DNA from: the human T2T-CHM13v2.0 reference genome, Homo sapiens
Assembly (NCBI RefSeq): GCF_009914755.1
Contig: NC_060940.1
DNA length: 64,000 nucleotides
Direction: 5' to 3' (one strand)
Shown here: piece after piece, positions 38,201 to 50,200 of the stretch
How the letters are laid out: each line of letters begins with the position of its first letter
Numbering within the stretch: the stretch's first letter is position 1
The notes under the pieces: model-generated
What the model saw: only the letters and a program-made list of their open reading frames with translations
What the model was told of the DNA's origin: nothing
Databases searched by the model: none
Made by a program: the position numbers and the translations under genes

Positions 38201-41200
38201 CCCACTCATTCTACAACTTCATCTATTTCATCCTGCTCATCATCGTGAGTGTGGGCGGCAGTGTTCGCCATGATGGGCCCTGGTGTTAGCTGGCTGGGGG
38301 TGGGGTGGGGTACCTGGGTGGTCATAGGGGCTCCTGTCTGTCTTCCAGCTGAAGGGAGCACACAGGGGAGGGAGGCAGAGCTTGCGGGGGTGGGGAGGTG
38401 TGGCTGGGGACCCCAAGAGGCCATGGCATCACCTAGACAGGGTCCAGGCCTGTGGGTGCTGGCTCAGGGCTGAAGAGCCAGGAACACCCTGGGGAGTGCA
38501 TAGCCTCCCAGCACCGCTTTCCACGGGCGTGTGTGGCCCCAGGTGTGCTGCTTAGCTGGTCCTCTCATAGGCCCCAGTGGGTCCTGGCAGAGTTGGGTTA
38601 ATCAGGCCGCAGACGTCTGTGGGGTCCTAGGTATACCTGGAGCCACTCTGCGGGGACCTAGTAGGTAACAGAAGCAGACAGACGTCCCCAGCTTGTTCTG
38701 AGAGAGCAAGCGAAGCGAACGATTAGAGACTTGCTGCACGCTGGTCCATGCTAAGGAGGAAACGCACCTGGGGTGCTGGGGAGGGGAGAGTGGCCACCGT
38801 TGAGAGGGTCATCTCAAGGCCAGATCTGCAGGTAAAGGAGGGGCCGAGCCACATGGAGAAGCAGGAAAGAGGGTTCCAGGTCTTTTGTCCAGATAGGCAC
38901 AAAGCAGCTACTGTATGCCGTCTGCTCCAGACGTGGGGGCTCAGCACTGAACACCGCAGCAGCCTGCCCATAGCAGGGCACCTCGCCCACTGTGCCTATG
39001 ACGCGGCCCCCACTCGAACAGGCAGCGCACAGTAGGGCTCAGTGGCGAATCAGAGACTCGCTCACTCACTGCCACTTACCCGCCCGCCCCCGTCACAGGT
39101 GGGCTCCTTCTTCATGATCAACCTGTGCCTGGTGGTGATTGCCACGCAGTTCTCGGAGACGAAGCAGCGGGAGAGTCAGCTGATGCGGGAGCAGCGGGCA
39201 CGCCACCTGTCCAACGACAGCACGCTGGCCAGCTTCTCCGAGCCTGGCAGCTGCTACGAAGAGCTGCTGAAGTACGTGGGCCACATATTCCGCAAGGTCA
39301 AGCGGCGCAGCTTGCGCCTCTACGCCCGCTGGCAGAGCCGCTGGCGCAAGAAGGTGGACCCCAGTGCTGTGCAAGGCCAGGGTCCCGGGCACCGCCAGCG
39401 CCGGGCAGGCAGGCACACAGCCTCGGTGCACCACCTGGTCTACCACCACCATCACCACCACCACCACCACTACCATTTCAGCCATGGCAGCCCCCGCAGG
39501 CCCGGCCCCGAGCCAGGCGCCTGCGACACCAGGCTGGTCCGAGCTGGCGCGCCCCCCTCGCCACCTTCCCCAGGCCGCGGACCCCCCGACGCAGAGTCTG
39601 TGCACAGCATCTACCATGCCGACTGCCACATAGAGGGGCCGCAGGAGAGGGCCCGGGTGGCACATGCCGCAGCCACTGCCGCTGCCAGCCTCAGGCTGGC
39701 CACAGGGCTGGGCACCATGAACTACCCCACGATCCTGCCCTCAGGGGTGGGCAGCGGCAAAGGCAGCACCAGCCCCGGACCCAAGGGGAAGTGGGCCGGT
39801 GGACCGCCAGGCACCGGGGGGCACGGCCCGTTGAGCTTGAACAGCCCTGATCCCTACGAGAAGATCCCGCATGTGGCCGGGGAGCATGGTGAGGACCCAG
39901 CCCCACCCCACGGAGGAGGCGGTGGGACCTAGGCAGGGCGGGCAGGGTCTCCGGTGTGTCATTCCCACACCCATTGTGGGCACTCTGATGAGCCCAGCTT
40001 TGACTTGTGAAACAGACCAGCTATGCCTCTGGAGCCCATAAGAAGGGGAAAGAGGCAGGTCCCGCCCCTGACAGCGCCAAAGCAAGCTCCCGGTGGCCCA
40101 CAGCTCATGGCAGGAGTGGTAGCCGCGGAGGTGGGATTTTGAATCTGACAAGGCTTGTCAGACCCTCCTGGGGCAGCATCCCATTGCCCCTGCCTGGCCC
40201 CGAGAGGGACCGTATGCTTGTGTCCACAGCCTGGACGCTTCCCTGGAGGACGTGCAGCGTCCTTCGTGGCCATTGAGGCTGGCCCCCCTTCTAGGTGGGG
40301 ACGCTGAGTGGGGGAGTGTGGGGGAGGCACCGTCGCAGAGTCACCGAGAGTCAGGAAGAGAGGCTGGCGTGGGGTTCTCCTATGCGGGGCCTGGGCCTCT
40401 GTCCACCAGGTGAATGGGAGACTCCAGGGCCCCCAGATGGTAGGGTTCCACACGGGCCTGGGGGCCCTTCCTGGTTCTGTACACAGATGTAGAGACGCAG
40501 GCGGGGGTGTGTCCCCCGTGGTGGGGAGAGGTGCGAGCGAGGGTGCCGAGGGTGCCGGGATGCTGTGTGCCCTCATGCGCTGGTACCCAGGGCGTGCAGA
40601 CGAGTGTCGGGCGCATGCTCCTAGCCCTTGAATTGTGGGAGTCCAGCCGCTGTGTGTTATAAGAGGCACACGGGCTCCAAAGACAGCACGAAAACATCAC
40701 AGGACGGCTCGATGGTCATTTTCATGTCAGTTTCGTGTTGGAGTAACCATGGTTTGCTCGCATCGAGTCAAACAGAATCCCGTAGCTAACTTCGCCTGTG
40801 TGCTGTGGCTGCTGGGAAGTGGCTGCTGTTATATTTCTGTGGATGGCACAGCCCAAGGCAGGCAAACGTCTCTGCACCTAAGTGTGTCCCTGCCCCAGTA
40901 CGTGAGCAGGAATGCGGCTGTGGGGGTTGGGTGTGTGTGCCCAGGTGTGTGCCCAAATGTATGGCTTTTCTGATGTTTGTGGCTGCTGTACCCACGAACT
41001 AGTGGGTTTAGAACAGCGGAAAATCACTCAGCTCTGGAGGCCAGTGCTCCAAAATCCAGGCCTTGCAGGGTTGCTTCCTCTGGAGGCTCTAGGGGAGAAC
41101 TCTCCTCGCCTCTCCTAAGTTCTGGCGGTTTTGCAAGTCCCCGGCTTGTCGACACGTCCCTGCGGTCTCTCTGTCTTCACATGGCTCTTTGGTTTCTTCT

Positions 41201-44200
41201 TATTGGAACAGTCGTGGCTCAGGGCCCTCCCTACTCCGGGATAGCTTCATTCCTCATTGTAACCCATGACACCTGCAAAGATCCTGCTTTCTGTGAAGTC
41301 CAGTCACAGGTTCTGGAGGTTGGACTCTGGATGGATCTTTCTTGGGGGGACACATTCACCCCACCGCTCCTGTGTGTGAGGGTTCCCGGGCCCTTGTGGC
41401 AGCACCACTGAGTGGGCCTGCCCCTGTCTGTGCCCTCTCCCGCAGGACTGGGCCAGGCCCCTGGCCATCTGTCGGGCCTCAGTGTGCCCTGCCCCCTGCC
41501 CAGCCCCCCAGCGGGCACACTGACCTGTGAGCTGAAGAGCTGCCCGTACTGCACCCGTGCCCTGGAGGACCCGGAGGGTGAGCTCAGCGGCTCGGAAAGT
41601 GGAGACTCAGATGGCCGTGGCGTCTATGAATTCACGCAGGACGTCCGGCACGGTGACCGCTGGGACCCCACGCGACCACCCCGTGCGACGGACACACCAG
41701 GCCCAGGCCCAGGCAGCCCCCAGCGGCGGGCACAGCAGAGGGCAGCCCCGGGCGAGCCAGGCTGGATGGGCCGCCTCTGGGTTACCTTCAGCGGCAAGCT
41801 GCGCCGCATCGTGGACAGCAAGTACTTCAGCCGTGGCATCATGATGGCCATCCTTGTCAACACGCTGAGCATGGGCGTGGAGTACCATGAGCAGGTGCGG
41901 GCTGGCCTGGCCACGGGGTGGGCTCCCTGTCAGGCTTGCAGGGCCTGGGGAGTCTCAGGAGGCTTCCAGCAGCCCCGATGCCTGACCTGATGGTAGGACG
42001 GTCAGGCAGGGCTCTAGAAAGCCGGGGATGGTGAGGATAGGAGACCAGGTGTGCCGAGCCTCCACTGGAGGGGATCTCCTTGGATTCCTGGCCTCCTCTC
42101 TAGACGGCAGCTGATTAGGCTCCTTTTGAGATGCTGCTGCAGCCCTCTTGACCCTTTGGGTCTTGATGCAGCCAAACCTGCTCCCAGATCAGTGCCGGGG
42201 AGGGGTGGGAGCCGTGGGTGGGGCCCTAGATCAGTGCCGGGGAGGGGTGGGAGCCGTGGGTGGGGCCCTAGATCAGTGCCGGGGAGGGGTGGGAGCCGCG
42301 GGTGGGGCCCCAGATCAGTGCCGGGGAGGGGTGGGAGCCGCGGGTGGGGGCCCAGATCAGTGCCGGGGAGGGGTGGGAGCCGCGGGTGCGGCCTCCTGAA
42401 CTGTCCCCACCTCTGCCTGCAGCCCGAGGAGCTGACTAATGCTCTGGAGATCAGCAACATCGTGTTCACCAGCATGTTTGCCCTGGAGATGCTGCTGAAG
42501 CTGCTGGCCTGCGGCCCTCTGGGCTACATCCGGAACCCGTACAACATCTTCGACGGCATCATCGTGGTCATCAGGTGGGTCCCCACCCTCTCCCCAGGAA
42601 GAGGGGCCCGGGAAGCTCCACTCTCTGGCAGAAATCCCACCTGCAGAGCAAAACCCAGAGCACAGGAGGAAGTACGACGATAGCTCTTTATGACAGGCCG
42701 TGGGAAGCAGGTGCTTGGTGACCCCAGTGGCCCAAGGGACCGTCCTGGGCAGAGTCCCCTCCCCAGACGCTATGCTTCCCTGCAGGCACTACGGGGTGCG
42801 CACCTGTTAGGTCAGCTGCGTCTCAGATGTTTCTAGAAACTAGCGGAGCTGTTCCCTGCAGGAACAAAGCAGGTGTGGGGTGGCCTCAGGGCCGAGCGAG
42901 AAAGACCAGCTTAAAAGGCTGAATCCTGCTTGCTGCTGGAGGAGCATTTGCTACAAGAAAATTAAACCAGAAAGGATTGGGAAAATTTGAGGGGAAACGC
43001 CCCCGGTCTTCCCCTAGGAGGACGCTCATCCCTCAAGAGTAGAGAGGGGTGCAGGGTCTCCCATCCTGGGGCGGGGAGGGAGTGAGCAGAACGGACAAGC
43101 CAGGTCTGGCTGTGGAAGGCCCAGGATAGGAGAGCGCCCTTGGCGAAGGAGCTTCCCTGCCCTGGCCAGAGCCAGGCTTCTTTCCCAGGGGGCGCTGGGG
43201 GCCGGGTAGCCCCCGGGGCCATCAGCGGATAAGCGGCTTTTGAGGTGCTTCCGCAGCTGTTCATGCACCTTGATGCAGCCATACCCTCTCCCATCTGTGG
43301 GATGCAGCACAGGCCGCTGTGGCTCCCTGGCTGGTGACCCTGCTTCCAGTGGGACGAGGGCCTGGGGTCAGGGATCGTGGCCCCGCTGACCCTCGCCCCC
43401 ACCTGTCCGCAGCGTCTGGGAGATCGTGGGGCAGGCGGACGGTGGCTTGTCTGTGCTGCGCACCTTCCGGCTGCTGCGTGTGCTGAAGCTGGTGCGCTTT
43501 CTGCCAGCCCTGCGGCGCCAGCTCGTGGTGCTGGTGAAGACCATGGACAACGTGGCTACCTTCTGCACGCTGCTCATGCTCTTCATTTTCATCTTCAGGT
43601 GGGCGCAACCCCCCTCCCGGCCCGCCCAGTGTCTCACCCCAGGGCAGCTGGGAGGCAAAGGCCCAGGGCACCCCCCGAAGGAGAAGGAGCCCTCCCACCA
43701 GCAGCCCCAGAGCATCTGCAGACACTCGGCCTCTGCTGCCTTCATTTGAGAAGCACTGATTGGGCCCCTACTGTGTGCCACGTGTTAGACATGCAGGGAG
43801 TCAGATGGCAGGGGTCAGAGATGGGCCGCCAGGTGGACAAGCTGGGGATTTACTCAAGAGCAGAATACCGGGGGTGGGGGCAGGCACCAGGCTCCAACTG
43901 GGGTGTTCTGAGCGCCTGCTGTGTGCCCGTCTAGCCTGGAGCTCAGGGTCAGGGTCGGCTGGAGGCTAGGCAGCCAGGCAGGCCGGGCTTTCACAGTCCA
44001 GAGAGGCTGAATGAGGCAGGTGTCCCAGGTTCCAGTTGCCACCCAAATCCAGAGTGGCTTCCCTCTGTCTGTCCCGCCTCTGGTCTTGGTTCTCTCGCCT
44101 GTGGAATGGACACTACTGAGTTGTAGGGCAGGAAGTCCCTTTTAAGCCAGAGAGCTCGGGCGCCCAGGGAGGGTAGGAGGCCAGGAGAGCCAAGACGGGC

Positions 44201-47200
44201 AGAGCCAGTCCTGCCCCTCCCTCCTCCCACCCCCCTCCCGCTCCCCCACCTTCTTCCGCTCAGCACACCCCTGCCTCCACCCTCAACACGCCCCTGCCCC
44301 CACCCTCAGCATCCTGGGCATGCACCTTTTCGGCTGCAAGTTCAGCCTGAAGACAGACACCGGAGACACCGTGCCTGACAGGAAGAACTTCGACTCCCTG
44401 CTGTGGGCCATCGTCACCGTGTTCCAGGTAGTGCCCGGGGTCCCCGCAGCAGTGTTGGGTGCTGAGTGTGGTCCCCAGAGAGGTGGAGGTGCCGTCCTGC
44501 GCATCCATAGCTGCCTCTGCCCCAAGGACTTGCCGGCATTTCGGGGCTGGGGTGACCACCCCAGGCCCCCTGCTATCCCCCAGATCCTGACCCAGGAGGA
44601 CTGGAACGTGGTCCTGTACAACGGCATGGCCTCCACCTCCTCCTGGGCCGCCCTCTACTTCGTGGCCCTCATGACCTTCGGCAACTATGTGCTCTTCAAC
44701 CTGCTGGTGGCCATCCTCGTGGAGGGCTTCCAGGCGGAGGTGAGGGGGCAGGGAGAGGGGCTGCCAGGAGGAGGGCGATGAGAAGAGAGACGGGCTTCAG
44801 GTCGAGGGGAGGGGTGTGGGGGGCCTGCCAAGAGGTGAGGGATAGAGAAGGGAAGCTGGCTGCCATGAGGAGAGGGGAGGCCAGGAGCCCAGCGGAGTGG
44901 GCAGGGGTCGGTCGGGAGAGGCAGATTCCTCACCTACCTGCCCACCCTGGCAGTGACATCATCCTCTGGGCCCTTCTGTCCACACCCCACCTCCCAGGCC
45001 AGCCCAGACTTCTGTCCGGCATGAAGGGTCCCCACTCACGGGGCCCCTCATGCCTGCCTTGTGCTTTGTTGGGTTTAGGGCGATGCCAACAGATCCGACA
45101 CGGACGAGGACAAGACGTCGGTCCACTTCGAGGAGGACTTCCACAAGCTCAGAGAACTCCAGACCACAGGTGCGTGTGGTCGGTGGGTGGTCCGGGTTCT
45201 GGCGGGTGGAGTACGCTGGGCTGGCCGGGCAGGGCCCCCATAAGGCAATCCCTAGGTTGGGGGATTCCTGGTCCTGGGAGCCTGGCAGCTCTAGGGGCCC
45301 ATTCCTCCCTCTGTCCCGCAGAGCTGAAGATGTGTTCCCTGGCCGTGACCCCCAACGGGCACCTGGAGGGACGAGGCAGCCTGTCCCCTCCCCTCATCAT
45401 GTGCACAGCTGCCACGCCCATGCCTACCCCCAAGAGCTCACCATTCCTGGATGCAGCCCCCAGCCTCCCAGACTCTCGGCGTGGCAGCAGCAGCTCCGGG
45501 GACCCGCCACTGGGAGACCAGAAGCCTCCGGTAGGGACCATCTCCTGCCCCAGCTCTCAGGCCCCTTCAGGTTTTCCCTGCCTGGCTCCTTATGGCCTTC
45601 CCTGAAGATGAGTGAGGGCCGCACCCCCCACACCCTTGAAGTCCCAGCCTGTGCAGAGACTGAGAAAGAGTGTTCTGGTTTCCGGAAATGGAAGCTGTGG
45701 CTGCTGTTGTGTGAGGCCGGTGTGAAGGGGCAGACGCGGAAGCTCTGTGCGCCCAACAGTCTAGCAGAGTGCACAGCGCACAGCACAGAAAGACCGAAGC
45801 AAGCAGGGGCAGAAGCGTGCCCGGCAAGCAGACGGCAGGCCAGGCGGGGGTTCCGCTGCCACCAGAAGCAGCCCGATTCCCTTTACGGCCAGGGCATCTC
45901 TCTGGGTCCAGGGGGACTGGAGGGGAGCAGTTTTGAAACGAACTCCAGGCAGTACCACCCACAACAGACACGGAGGATGGGAGTGAGCCAGACGCCCTAG
46001 CAGGGGAGGAAGCGGGGCAGCTGTGAGGCAGAGCCGCAGGCCCAGTGTGCTCCTGGGGACACGGGGGCCACCCACACTTTGTCTGGTCCTGGGCTGGTTC
46101 TGGCCCCTGACCCAGCAGAGCCCAGGGCATCACCCCCGCGAGGCGGACACCCTGACCCTCATGAGCTACGCCTGTGGCTGGCTCGGTGTCCCCCTAAAAT
46201 CACAGCCTCCACCGTGCCTCCCTGGCGGGGCTATGCATTAAATGATCCACGTGTGGCTTGCACACAGTGGGTGCTCCGTAATGACAGCGGTCGGTGCTAA
46301 TAGTGATGCCACCAGGTCACTGACTCCCGCCACCCCCCAGGCCAGCCTCCGAAGTTCTCCCTGTGCCCCCTGGGGCCCCAGTGGCGCCTGGAGCAGCCGG
46401 CGCTCCAGCTGGAGCAGCCTGGGCCGTGCCCCCAGCCTCAAGCGCCGCGGCCAGTGTGGGGAACGTGAGTCCCTGCTGTCTGGCGAGGGCAAGGGCAGCA
46501 CCGACGACGAAGCTGAGGACGGCAGGGCCGCGCCCGGGCCCCGTGCCACCCCACTGCGGCGGGCCGAGTCCCTGGACCCACGGCCCCTGCGGCCGGCCGC
46601 CCTCCCGCCTACCAAGTGCCGCGATCGCGACGGGCAGGTGGTGGCCCTGCCCAGCGACTTCTTCCTGCGCATCGACAGCCACCGTGAGGATGCAGCCGAG
46701 CTTGACGACGACTCGGAGGACGTGAGTGCGTGGCCCTGGGCCCACCGCCGACTCGCCTTCGTCTGTCTGGGGCAGGTTCCCTCAAGTGGGGTTTGAGATG
46801 GGATTCAGGGCGTGTTGTTGACTGAGGGGATTCAGAAGGGGAGAGAAGCAGGCCAGGCCAGGGAGGAATCCAGCAGTGTTCAGGGATTCAGCCACAGATG
46901 ATCCCAGAGTCCCCCCTCTGCCGTCTAGGGGCTGTGAGCTAAACGCTCCACGCACGGCCTGCATACGGGGGCTGGGCTCTGCGCCGTGGGTCAGCCACTG
47001 GCCGAGAGCTGCTGCCGAGGCAGGGCCAGGCATCCGCTAGGCTCTCAGGCTTCCGTGGGTCAAGGACCACTCCCAGAGTCAGGGACCCAAGAGCACCCGC
47101 TCACCTGGCCCCGTGGACTCCAGCACGGGTCACTCTGCCGTCACCAGCGTAGGGAAGGGGGAGGCTCCACGGTATGGGCCCCAGAGGCCAGAAAGCCAGA

Positions 47201-50200
47201 GCCCAAAGGCCAGCGGGTGAGGAGTGAGGATGGAGAAGGCTGAGAAGGTGCTGGGAGGGGTGGCCGAGCTGAGCACAGAGGGCCCTGATGGGGGGCCGGG
47301 CAGGCAGGCGCAGGCTCTGAGAAGCCGCCGCCTCATCCCACAGAGCTGCTGCCTCCGCCTGCATAAAGTGCTGGAGCCCTACAAGCCCCAGTGGTGCCGG
47401 AGCCGCGAGGCCTGGGCCCTCTACCTCTTCTCCCCACAGAACCGGTGAGGCGGCCGGGTCAGGAGGCTGCATGGCTAGTTCCACCCCACGGGACCCCCGC
47501 CCCCAGGTCCCTCCTGGGTGGGGCTAGCACATGGTGGATATTTCCGAGTGGGCACCCCTTCTCACACCGCAGGGACCGGGGCTGAAGTGGAGGCGTGGCC
47601 AGGGCTGTCCTGCAACCCCCATCCACTCTGCCATCCACGCCGCCCCGCCCCACCTCTCACCCGCCCCCGCCCACCCAGGTTCCGCGTCTCCTGCCAGAAG
47701 GTCATCACACACAAGATGTTTGATCACGTGGTCCTCGTCTTCATCTTCCTCAACTGCGTCACCATCGCCCTGGAGAGGCCTGACATTGATCCCGGCAGCA
47801 CCGTGAGTCAGCCAACCCCATCGTCCCGGGCCACCACGACCCCCAGGGAGGGGTGGAGTGGACACAGCCCCCCACCGTCCTCTCCCGGCAGGAGCGGGTC
47901 TTCCTCAGCGTCTCCAATTACATCTTCACGGCCATCTTCGTGGCGGAGATGATGGTGAAGGTACCGCGGGGCCCGGGGACTGCCCTTGTTCCCAGGTCCC
48001 CGTTCTGCCCTCATCCCCACCCCCACCCAGCAGCGCGCCAGCTCCCCAGACCCCCCACGCCTGAGCCTGAGCTCAGTGCCATTGGCCCTCCGCAGGTGGT
48101 GGCCCTGGGGCTGCTGTCCGGCGAGCACGCCTACCTGCAGAGCAGCTGGAACCTGCTGGATGGGCTGCTGGTGCTGGTGTCCCTGGTGGACATTGTCGTG
48201 GCCATGGCCTCGGCTGGTGGCGCCAAGATCCTGGGTGTTCTGCGCGTGCTGCGTCTGCTGCGGACCCTGCGGCCTCTGAGGTGGGGGGCTCCCCGTGGGC
48301 TCCCGGGGCAACCTGGAAGCACAGTCCCCTGACGCCACTGCCCATTACTCCTCCCGCAGTCCTGGGCTGTTCGCAGGCCGCCCACTCGGCCCCACCTTGG
48401 GACCTTTGCTGAGCTCTGCCGGCGCCTGGCAGCTGCTGCCATAGATGACTGCAGTGTATCCTTCACTCCCCTCCAGGGTCATCAGCCGGGCCCCGGGCCT
48501 CAAGCTGGTGGTGGAGACGCTGATATCATCACTCAGGCCCATTGGGAACATCGTCCTCATCTGCTGCGCCTTCTTCATCATTTTTGGCATTTTGGGTGTG
48601 CAGGTGTGTGGCCCCCACGTGCCCGGGGGTCTGCCCCGTCGCAGACAGGGTCTGCCTTCCCAGCGTGGCTCCCAGCAGCGCCGCTGCGGGACGGGGAGGG
48701 ACAGCTCGGGCCTCACTCGCGCCCCAGGAAGTCCGGTGTGGGGTGGGGCACAGGCCAGGCCCTCCGCGGTGACCGTCGCACCCCGTCAGCTCTTCAAAGG
48801 GAAGTTCTACTACTGCGAGGGCCCCGACACCAGGAACATCTCCACCAAGGCACAGTGCCGGGCCGCCCACTACCGCTGGGTGCGACGCAAGTACAACTTC
48901 GACAACCTGGGCCAGGTGGGCTGGGCGGCCGGGCGGGAGCTGGGGGTCTCCAGGACACCCTGGAGCGAGAGGGCCGGCGACCCCAGCTCTAACCCTCGCC
49001 AGTGACCCTGGCTCTGGCCCTCAGGCCCTGATGTCGCTGTTCGTGCTGTCATCCAAGGATGGATGGGTGAACATCATGTACGACGGGCTGGATGCCGTGG
49101 GTGTCGACCAGCAGGTGCGCACAGGCGGGTCGAGCTGGGTCACCTCAGGGTCTCCCGCGAGCGGCTGCCTTGGCCTCTGGGGACTCGGGGGGCCATCCTG
49201 GGTAGGGCCCCTGGCGGGGCAGGCGGGCGGGGACCCACCGCCTCTGTGCCACAGCCTGTGCAGAACCACAACCCCTGGATGCTGCTGTACTTCATCTCCT
49301 TCCTGCTCATCGTCAGCTTCTTCGTGCTCAACATGTTCGTGGGCGTCGTGGTCGAGAACTTCCACAAGTGCCGGCAGCACCAGGAGGCGGAGGAGGCGCG
49401 GCGGCGAGAGGAGAAGCGGCTGCGGCGCCTAGAGAGGAGGCGCAGGAGTAAGGCGCTCCCGGTGGCGGTGGCGGTGGCGGGTCGGTACCTGTGTGCCCAC
49501 CGGGCCCTCCAGCCCCTCCACTCCCGCCCCGGCCTCCCCGAATGGCTCTGCACGCCACCCGCCTTGCCTGGGCCTGCATGGGGGCTGGGCCTTGGAGGGG
49601 CTGGCCCGAGAGGGCCGTCGGGGAGCCCGCCATGGCAGGAGAGGAGGAGACACCCCCAACCCCATCCCCAGCGCCCAAGAGGCAGGTTCCCCACCGAGTC
49701 CTCACTCCACGAGGAGCCAGCACAGCCCCCGAGACACGGGGGCTGAGGGAGAGCAGGGAGGGCTCCAGGCCCGAGTGCGCCACGCCCTCGGCCCTCAGAC
49801 CATCTCCTTGTCTTTCCAGGCACTTTCCCCAGCCCAGGTACCGGCCCTGTCCCGCATGCCTCAGGCCCCGCTTCTGCGGCCGCTGCTCGGGGAAGGGCGG
49901 GCATCCCAGGCCTGCTGGGGTCCTCCGCAGGGTGGGCACAGGCAGCCGGAGGTGCTGGGCGTGTGGCGTGAGGAGGGGCTGCGCTCGCCCGCCAGTGTCC
50001 GGGCTGCTGTGTGCGTGCACGCGTGCGGCTCTGCCCGGCTCACAGTCTGCCTGCATCTCCGCCGTGCGCCGGGACACCCAGAGCAACGAGGGGCCGCCCA
50101 CACCCCTGCAGGCTTGTGGCTGTCCTGTGTCCTTGCTGGTCCAGCCTGACTGGCCGCGGGCCCTCTCCGGCTGCCCGGGCTGCGCTGAGTGCTTCAGTGA

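Noticed and set aside
48456-48476. GTATCCTTCAC near the exon 22 acceptor, resembling a U12 donor or branch point
   Set aside because: The intron's donor is GTGGGG and the sequence doubles as an ordinary pyrimidine tract; most likely chance.
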